In this document: in pieces, positions 57,780 through 64,000 of the stretch
How the letters are laid out: the number at the start of each line of letters is the position of its first letter
Position numbering within the stretch: position 1 is the first letter of the stretch
DNA from: a virus
Lineage: Duplodnaviria > Caudoviricetes
Reading direction: 5' to 3' (one strand)
Virus record (IMG/VR): IMGVR_UViG_3300035703_000088
Location: 1,460 to 65,459 of that record
Length of the DNA: 64,000 nucleotides
Translations under genes and position numbers: made by a program
Notes under the pieces: model-generated
Database searches by the model: none
The model's input: only the letters and a program-made list of their open reading frames with translations
Told to the model about the DNA's origin: nothing

Positions 57780-57806
57780 GCGGTGAGGGCCAAAGGCCCC
57801 CACCGC
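57780..57806 (-). terminator. Stem-loop after the capsid gene
   Basis: GCGGTGAGGGCC-AAA-GGCCCCCACCGC; weak U-tract. Confidence 0.45.
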
Positions 57807-57829
57807 CGACATCTCTTCTGAACCTAAGT

Positions 57830-58939
57830 TCAGGAAATCGCACCACCGAGGGTGTTGAGGATCACGCGGCTCTCGTGAGTGATGACTCCGAAGCCCCAGA
57901 TCGCGTACCACGCCAGACCGTGCTCACGACCGAAGTCAATGACACCACCGTCGCGGAGTTCAACCGGGAGGGCGATGGCGTGACCGAAGGCGTTGTCACC
58001 GATCATGATGGCGTTGTAAGCGTCAGCGTTCTCTTGGAAGCCAGCCGCCGAGGCCGAGTCAAGGGTCGCACCGAGGTCGTACAGCGACGAGGAAGCCGCG
58101 GTGGCGTCCAAGCCCTTCTTGACCTGAGTGGTCTCAATGAACACCACATCGTACAGACGGCCGATTTCACCGAGCATGAAGTTGCCGGGGGCGGCGTACT
58201 TCGTGACCTCAATGAACTCCGGCCAGTCACGGAGCGAGCGGCTCTGCGACGGGTGCACGAAGCACACATAGGTGTCACCCAAGCGCGGGATGTTCTGACC
58301 AGCGAGCACCTCCACGGCGTCCTTGATGGACGCGGGGCTGAGGTAGCCGGGGGCCGAAGCGGTGCCGAGGGTACCAGCGTCGTAGGGGCTGATGGCGCCA
58401 CGAGCCGAAGCCGCGGTGCGACCGAACACGACGCTCGGAGCCACAGCCGACCCGCCGCCGAACGGCACGCCAGCCTTGTACAGGGTGTTACGAGCCTGAA
58501 TGTCCATGCTCTGAGCCATGTGACGGCCGAGGAGGCGCGACGACGAGGCCATGACGTCGTCAAACGACGCATTGAGCAGGAGTTCAGTCACGGCAACAGC
58601 CTGACCATGCTCAGACACGGTGATCTGAATCTGGCTAGCCGACAGCGAGGTGGGCTCCATACGAACACCTTCGGTAAGGGTCGCGCCGGAGTCCTCGTTG
58701 ACGCTGAGGTTGTTGTAGCGCATGAAGTTGATGGTCAGACCGGGCATGACGCCGAGTTCGGTCTTCTTCACGGCGAACTGCTCAAAGCGAAGCACGGGCA
58801 TCGCCTGAAACAGAATCTCCTTGGACCAGATTTGCTGGATTGCGGGTGAGAGGGTAGCGTCGCTGGAGTAGCCGGTCGTGGTAATGGAACCGAGGTTTGC
58901 TCCGGTGATCGCACCCCCTACAGGGGCGGGAAGGGCCAT
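57830..58939 (-). CDS. Major capsid protein (N4 gp56-like HK97 fold)
   Basis: WSKEILFQAMP...LTEG...EHG...CFVHP...GEIGRLYDVVFIET; strongly biased codons; follows scaffold and portal. Confidence 0.92.
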   Translation of the reverse strand: MALPAPVGGAITGANLGSITTTGYSSDATLSPAIQQIWSKEILFQAMPVLRFEQFAVKKTELGVMPGLTINFMRYNNLSVNEDSGATLTEGVRMEPTSLSASQIQITVSEHGQAVAVTELLLNASFDDVMASSSRLLGRHMAQSMDIQARNTLYKAGVPFGGGSAVAPSVVFGRTAASARGAISPYDAGTLGTASAPGYLSPASIKDAVEVLAGQNIPRLGDTYVCFVHPSQSRSLRDWPEFIEVTKYAAPGNFMLGEIGRLYDVVFIETTQVKKGLDATAASSSLYDLGATLDSASAAGFQENADAYNAIMIGDNAFGHAIALPVELRDGGVIDFGREHGLAWYAIWGFGVITHESRVILNTLGGAIS

Positions 58940-58978
58940 GTGAATATCCTCCGGGATAAGTTGTTGTTGTTGGGTTGG

Positions 58979-59758
58979 TTAGAAGCGTCCTCGGGTTCCC
59001 CGAGCCGCTTGCATGAGCCGTTCACGCATTTTCATGTACTGATCCATCGGCATATTGCGGATGTCATCCGCAGAAAGCGTCTGGTATTCCGATTGGTTTT
59101 CCATTGGCCCAGTCGGGGGCGCAGTTACCTGCGGTCCCCGCAGACGACTTTGGGAAGTCGCCTGTTGGATTGATTCAATTATAGCATTACTGCGCTCACG
59201 GAGCACAGCAATACTATTATCAATATCTTCTTCACTATTTCCCGAAATCAAATCACGGAGTTCGGGGATAATAGTCTCTTGCTCTTCCGCCATACGACGC
59301 TGGCGGTAAGAATCAATCTGCTGGATGCGACGCTCCTTTTCAAGGAGGGCTTCCTGCGCTTGGCGCTGGCGCTCAATGTCTTCAAACTTGGCACGCCATT
59401 CCTGCTCAACCTGATTGATGCGCTGATTGAACTCGTCCTCACGCTTGGAGAGAAGTTCCTTGGCGCTCAATTCCTCGGCTTCACGCTGACGGAGGATTTC
59501 CGCCTCAGCACGGGCTCGTTCTGCGGCCTCTTGACGGGCCGACTCGCGCTCCTGAGAGATGACAGACAACTGCTCTTCAAGGCTACGGACACGACCGTCA
59601 GCGTCTTCAACACGCTTGTACAGTTTGTCCTTCTCCTGACGGCGAATTGCTTCAACCTCGGATTCGGTGAAAACACGGCCTTCCGAGCGGGTCGGGGCTG
59701 TTTCCTGAGTGTCGTTGGATACCGGGATCATGATCCCGTCACCGTCCTGAATATTCAT
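58979..59758 (-). CDS. Capsid scaffolding protein
   Basis: Coiled coil, FTESEVEAIRRQEKDKLY...IRNMPMDQY; lies between portal and capsid. Confidence 0.8.
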   Translation of the reverse strand: MNIQDGDGIMIPVSNDTQETAPTRSEGRVFTESEVEAIRRQEKDKLYKRVEDADGRVRSLEEQLSVISQERESARQEAAERARAEAEILRQREAEELSAKELLSKREDEFNQRINQVEQEWRAKFEDIERQRQAQEALLEKERRIQQIDSYRQRRMAEEQETIIPELRDLISGNSEEDIDNSIAVLRERSNAIIESIQQATSQSRLRGPQVTAPPTGPMENQSEYQTLSADDIRNMPMDQYMKMRERLMQAARGTRGRF

Positions 59759-59811
59759 TTCTTTTACCTCTTGCTTGTTGGGCTTTTACTGACTGTTTTG
59801 GGATAACGAGT

Positions 59812-61473
59812 TTATTCTTCGTTTGGCACACGGCGCTGGGCGAACCTTGCTCCGTATGCTCTTTGAATTATGTTGTTAATCATCTGTCCTTCGGCTTCAC
59901 CGATGCCGGGTAGTGGCCCAGCACCTGCTTCACCTCCAGCAGATACTACACTACTTTCTCCCTCTTGTCCGGGGATAATACCGGTAGTTAGCATTACGGC
60001 TTGCTGAATCTGTGCGCGTAGCATATCCAGCGCACCTTGGTCAATAGCATCATCACGAAGTTCCTCAAAGATTTCAAGCATTTTCTCGTTCGGGAACTCT
60101 TCGCCAAGAATCTTGAGAGCACCGCGCTTGGATTCCAAGCCGAGACCCAGTTTGGCCTGAACTTCGTTAAGTTTGATAAGAACATCCACCGGGAGAGGCT
60201 CCGGCCAATGGATTTGCGTCTGGTAGACCACGGGATCGGCGGGGTCAAGAACCAACGCTTGATCGGGCTCGGGAGGTGCCGCCACCCCGGGATTAAACTG
60301 GAGCATTTGGGGCTCAAATACCGCGCATGTACGGATGATGATCTCATTAACCTTCTCCAGACCCTTAGTGAAATGAATCTTCTTCTGGTTATACCGATTC
60401 ATCATGGGCTGGTACTGAATAGCCAAAGCGACACCCGAGGTGTTGGACACCGGCTGGAACTGCCCCAAGGCGGTCTCCGGAACACCTGTGATCTCATGCA
60501 TTGCACGCTTAATGAACTGGATGTATTCAAGGGCTCCAGCCATCTCACCGCGGGATTCCAAGTTGTACACCGAGGCGTCCTTCGGAAGACCCGCCCACAC
60601 CTTCTTGGGTCCGCGCTCCAACTGGCTGGCCTTGGCGCCGGTAATGATCGTCACCGGGGCGGCGTGGTAGTTGATGATGTCCGAAACCTCGGTCATCTTC
60701 TCGTTGAGTTCACGGTTGAGGGAGATGATGTCCCAAATGTCTGACTGGCCCCACGGCGACGAGGAGATCGTCATGTTAGGGATATGCACAATCGGAATAA
60801 GACCAATGGCGTTGGGGTACTGGTCAATCAGTTCATCGTTGATGTACTGCTCCACCGACTCGTCGGTAAGGATTTCCGTGAAGGTGTAGACCTGCCGAGT
60901 ACCCTCGGGGCTGGTTCCCCAAAAGCGATACTTCAGTTTGAATCGCAGGATGCGGTCACGGTCGTGGGGGTGGTACTCAGGGAAACAGTGTGCGGGGTTA
61001 AGCGGGATGATACGAACGCGCCCCGGATGGCCGATACCAGCCGGATCAACGTAGGGCTCTTCGTAGGCGACCTTGACGAAGCAGTCACCGGCAACGCCAG
61101 CCAACTGGCCCATTTCCCACAGCACATAGTGCTTAGAGTTATGGTTCTCCCAAACCTCATGGAGCATGTGGGGGATGATCGCGGCGTTCTGTTCCGGAAC
61201 CTTGAACTGAATACCCTTACCAAAACAGAAGTTGGTGATGTAGTCCGACATGGTTCGGACATAGTTCATGGTGATGTTCTGTTCGCCCATCTCACGGCGG
61301 TACGACCAGTGGTGGCCAAGGTACCAAGCCCAGCACGAGGCATAACGGTTCAAGCGAGGGCCATGAACCTCAAACTCCTCATCGGCTAGTTCAACCAAGC
61401 CAAGAGGGGAGATAGCGACCGTTAGGTCACTGGACGAGGCTCTATAAGATGGCGACCAAAAATCAACAGGCAT
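59812..61473 (-). CDS. Portal protein (SPP1 gp6-like)
   Basis: NYVRTM...GDCFVKV...IPIVHIPN...WGQSD...SGVAL. Confidence 0.9.
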   Translation of the reverse strand: MPVDFWSPSYRASSSDLTVAISPLGLVELADEEFEVHGPRLNRYASCWAWYLGHHWSYRREMGEQNITMNYVRTMSDYITNFCFGKGIQFKVPEQNAAIIPHMLHEVWENHNSKHYVLWEMGQLAGVAGDCFVKVAYEEPYVDPAGIGHPGRVRIIPLNPAHCFPEYHPHDRDRILRFKLKYRFWGTSPEGTRQVYTFTEILTDESVEQYINDELIDQYPNAIGLIPIVHIPNMTISSSPWGQSDIWDIISLNRELNEKMTEVSDIINYHAAPVTIITGAKASQLERGPKKVWAGLPKDASVYNLESRGEMAGALEYIQFIKRAMHEITGVPETALGQFQPVSNTSGVALAIQYQPMMNRYNQKKIHFTKGLEKVNEIIIRTCAVFEPQMLQFNPGVAAPPEPDQALVLDPADPVVYQTQIHWPEPLPVDVLIKLNEVQAKLGLGLESKRGALKILGEEFPNEKMLEIFEELRDDAIDQGALDMLRAQIQQAVMLTTGIIPGQEGESSVVSAGGEAGAGPLPGIGEAEGQMINNIIQRAYGARFAQRRVPNEE

Positions 61474-61479
61474 TCAGTA

Positions 61480-62130
61480 TTAGTCCTTAGTTAGGCCCAG
61501 TTCGTCAGCAATAATTCCGGCTTCTACGCCAATCATTTCATCACGACTTGGGGTAATGGCCACACGGCGCTTTGCGACACCAGCAGAGTCCACGGCAAAC
61601 TTCTGCTCCACCTTCGGGCTGGTGCCCTCATGCCAAAACTGGTCGGGGTGCAGGTGCTTAGGGATATTGACATCTTGAATGTACGGATTCTTGGCGTTGG
61701 GCCCAAGCATGCCGATTGCTTCCTGTCGGCTCTGCGCCCCAATGTGCATAGCGGCTTCAAGCCCAGAAGCGGTCAGGGGCAGGGAAACTGAAGTGTCCTG
61801 CTGAACAACGCCACTGCTCGGGTCGTGCCACCCACCTTGGATCATGTTGACACCGGGGGTACCAAGGACCTCGGCATTGGCACGGTTAAACGCAAGCAAC
61901 TGCGCGGGAGCGGGCTCTCGGGGGTCTATGGCGACTTCAGCACCACGGCCTGCCTCAGGAGCGTACCCAACCGAAAATACGCTACGAGCGGGACGACCGG
62001 CGCCACGACCAGAGGTACGAATGGAGAAGCCCTCACCGGGTTGCTGGGGGCCGTACGCGGTAACCTCGGCTTCCGACAACTCTCCTCGGCGGAGACCCGC
62101 TCGCTTACCTCGTGCCTTGCGTCGTGCCAT
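61480..62130 (-). CDS. Hypothetical protein
   Basis: 216-aa ORF, TAATG coupling; GGWHD motif. Confidence 0.65.
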   Translation of the reverse strand: MARRKARGKRAGLRRGELSEAEVTAYGPQQPGEGFSIRTSGRGAGRPARSVFSVGYAPEAGRGAEVAIDPREPAPAQLLAFNRANAEVLGTPGVNMIQGGWHDPSSGVVQQDTSVSLPLTASGLEAAMHIGAQSRQEAIGMLGPNAKNPYIQDVNIPKHLHPDQFWHEGTSPKVEQKFAVDSAGVAKRRVAITPSRDEMIGVEAGIIADELGLTKD

Positions 62131-62411
62131 TACCGGCCCCCGATCTTCCTCGTTTTAATGGGAGTAATGGACTTAATCATACCACGAGGAATGTGCATAG
62201 GATTTGAGCATATTAATGCACCATCCTCGTCATAGTAATACGAGGAGTAGAGAGTCAGGTACTTCTCATCGTCGTTGTTCAGCAACCACCCAATGGTGAT
62301 TGGGTCAACGATAAAGGGGCGGTACTTATCGGGGTACACCCAACCACCGGGACCGTCAAAAGCGTCATCCCAGACCACCATGACTGCCTTGATCTTGTTC
62401 TTTCTTGACAT
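62130..62411 (-). CDS. Small beta-barrel phage protein (VVWDDA...IGWL...IPRGMI)
   Basis: Widespread phage motif pattern. Confidence 0.65.
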   Translation of the reverse strand: MSRKNKIKAVMVVWDDAFDGPGGWVYPDKYRPFIVDPITIGWLLNNDDEKYLTLYSSYYYDEDGALICSNPMHIPRGMIKSITPIKTRKIGGR

Positions 62412-62424
62412 GGCGATCCCCTTA

Positions 62425-63564
62425 TTACGGCTGATAAACCCTACCACGGAAAAAGGCGCTCGTATTATGGATCGGGACCTGCTCATACCAGAACTGGCCT
62501 TCGCCTTCCTCGTAAGTGACCACACCGAGGCCCTGTTGCCAGTCCTCTACGATGCTCAGGGGGCGCCCATCCAAGTCAATTCCGCCCTTGGTGCTGGGTA
62601 CAGCACCGTCACAACGGGCTAGCGTCCCCGGTGACGCCGCCATGACGGTCTTTGCACCGTCCCAGTCCTGCCGGGTCTTTTCGCACCACTCACGGCGATG
62701 TATGTGCCCGTAGATGACGGAGACTTTGCTGTCGTTGAGGTAGGCGTGAGCGGTTGAACCGTTAGACCGCACTTTGTTGCCATGAATGACTTTAAGCCTT
62801 TGGTTAATCCAGACCTGTCCAGCCGGATAGCCAGCCACATAGTTAACCCCGTAATCATCAAAACGACATAGATAAGGAACGCTAAGCACAGGCCAAGAAT
62901 CTGGAGTGTTACCCTTCCGAATGCCGAACGAGGCTTTTGCGTTGTCAAGAAGGAAGTTACTAAGGCGTTCCTCATGGTTACCTGAAATCCAATCTATTTC
63001 TGCGTTCGGTGCCGCCGCCCGAACTTCCGCGCAGAGCGTGGTTGCTCGGTCAATTGAGGCTTGGGTTGTGAGAGCGTAGGCACTAGATAGCCGGTACTTT
63101 CCAAACTCGGGGAAATCCAGATTATCTCCGACCATGACGACTCTATCGGGGTTAAGTTTTCGGGTAATTGCCAAAGCAATGGCAAGCGCTTCTTCGTCAT
63201 GCGTAGGCTCCAGTCCGTTGGGTCCCCGATAATAGCCGATCTGCATGTCGGGGAGAATGACCGCCGTCTTGTAGCCATCGGTGTCTTTGGCGGTGGCCTT
63301 ACGAGCGGGCAACTTGATTGCGGGTCCGGGCTGTACCACCGGCCACTCGGGGCCGTCAGCCCACTTGGGGTTGAACTGGATGCCCATGAGGTCGTGGACC
63401 TCGGCCTGACCAACGTCATTCTTGATCATGCTCTGGTAGAGGGAGACCCGCTTGATAGAGCCCACCTCGTCAACGTCAATGTTGTTTCGGTTCAACAACT
63501 CGGCAATCTTGCCGAGAGTCACCTTTGACGGCGGTGTGTTGAGGTCATCGCTGAGACTTGTCAC
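62425..63564 (-). CDS. Calcineurin-like metallophosphoesterase
   Basis: PDMQ, GDNLD, GNHEER, IHG, GHIHR. Confidence 0.9.
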   Translation of the reverse strand: MTSLSDDLNTPPSKVTLGKIAELLNRNNIDVDEVGSIKRVSLYQSMIKNDVGQAEVHDLMGIQFNPKWADGPEWPVVQPGPAIKLPARKATAKDTDGYKTAVILPDMQIGYYRGPNGLEPTHDEEALAIALAITRKLNPDRVVMVGDNLDFPEFGKYRLSSAYALTTQASIDRATTLCAEVRAAAPNAEIDWISGNHEERLSNFLLDNAKASFGIRKGNTPDSWPVLSVPYLCRFDDYGVNYVAGYPAGQVWINQRLKVIHGNKVRSNGSTAHAYLNDSKVSVIYGHIHRREWCEKTRQDWDGAKTVMAASPGTLARCDGAVPSTKGGIDLDGRPLSIVEDWQQGLGVVTYEEGEGQFWYEQVPIHNTSAFFRGRVYQP

Positions 63565-63817
63565 AACTGCACTTCCCTTTTATGTGTCGCTCAATCGTGC
63601 TTCTGCTGATTGAGTGCCCGTGATTGTTTAGCACTTTCTCTAGCCATGCTGACGAATACACCTTAGACCTACCGCGACCAGTGTCTGCCGCAATACGGTC
63701 AAGAGATGCATCAAGCGTGACCCTGTCTTCGTCACTAAGACTTCCGCGTAGAGTCGCAATAGCGCAACCCCAGTTCACGGGCGTACGCGAGAGTAACTCC
63801 TTACTTAACTCGCTCAA
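63545..63817 (-). CDS. Small HTH/Zn-binding protein
   Basis: C...ISRSTIERHIKGKCSC; RBS AAGGAG + TTG. Confidence 0.65.
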   Translation of the reverse strand: MSELSKELLSRTPVNWGCAIATLRGSLSDEDRVTLDASLDRIAADTGRGRSKVYSSAWLEKVLNNHGHSISRSTIERHIKGKCSCDKSQR

Positions 63818-63959
63818 CTTTCTGCTCCTTATGGTAAGACTTCTTCTGAATGCTCTCAAGCACTGACAGTAACCGTAGCACTTCCTGCTCCTCTTGATAG
63901 CCTCTGGGGGCAATTCGTGTCAAGTATGTTCCAAGCAGTTCTGCATCTCCGGGGTGCAT
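63801..63959 (-). CDS. Small hypothetical protein
   Basis: 52 aa read manually; RBS AAGGAG. Confidence 0.55.
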   Translation of the reverse strand: MHPGDAELLGTYLTRIAPRGYQEEQEVLRLLSVLESIQKKSYHKEQKVERVK

Positions 63960-64000
63960 TTGTCTCTCCTTATATCGTTGGGAAGGAGAGGTTATCAGAG

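Noticed and set aside
57875-58849. Long antisense ORFs (e.g. 57875-58849, 32572-33546, 995-1876, 3032-3952)
   Set aside because: Shadow frames opposite well-supported genes, expected with GC-biased codon usage; no motifs or RBS.

Overview
A 64-kb segment of a tailed dsDNA phage genome with a contractile tail (myovirus), most likely infecting an Actinomycetota host (two WhiB genes, two DUF732-like lipoproteins, an MSMEG_6728-like glycosylase). Layout: (1) 1-13.5 kb, a + strand putative early/accessory region (SNF2 helicase, VWA + MoxR/CobS AAA+ pair, multi-HTH, ParB-like, lipoproteins) ending at a bidirectional terminator; (2) 13.6-36.9 kb, - strand regulatory, unknown and replication/recombination genes (WhiB x2, glycosyltransferase, SpoVS, resolvases, Cas4-like nuclease, RecA, family A polymerase, SSB, primase, DnaB, DnaC-like loader, initiator with an internal iteron origin); (3) 36.96-38.65 kb, a short + strand island (candidate ~100-nt sRNA, Dps, five small basic proteins); (4) 38.7-64 kb, - strand virion genes (baseplate, tape measure, tube, sheath, neck, capsid, scaffold, portal). 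No terminase large subunit, integrase, tRNA or CRISPR array was recognised. The top candidate for an undescribed system is an RNA-based switch. A promoter- and terminator-bounded sRNA, transcribed divergently from the replication initiator, exposes G/U-rich segments complementary to the ribosome-binding sites and repeated AACCACC leaders of several early genes and, imperfectly, to the initiator's own RBS. Five of those leaders follow a conserved 17-bp palindrome, TGTCCCGTWACGGGACA (6 copies), whose arms co-vary. All calls come from manual reading and motif recognition; no database searches were run.
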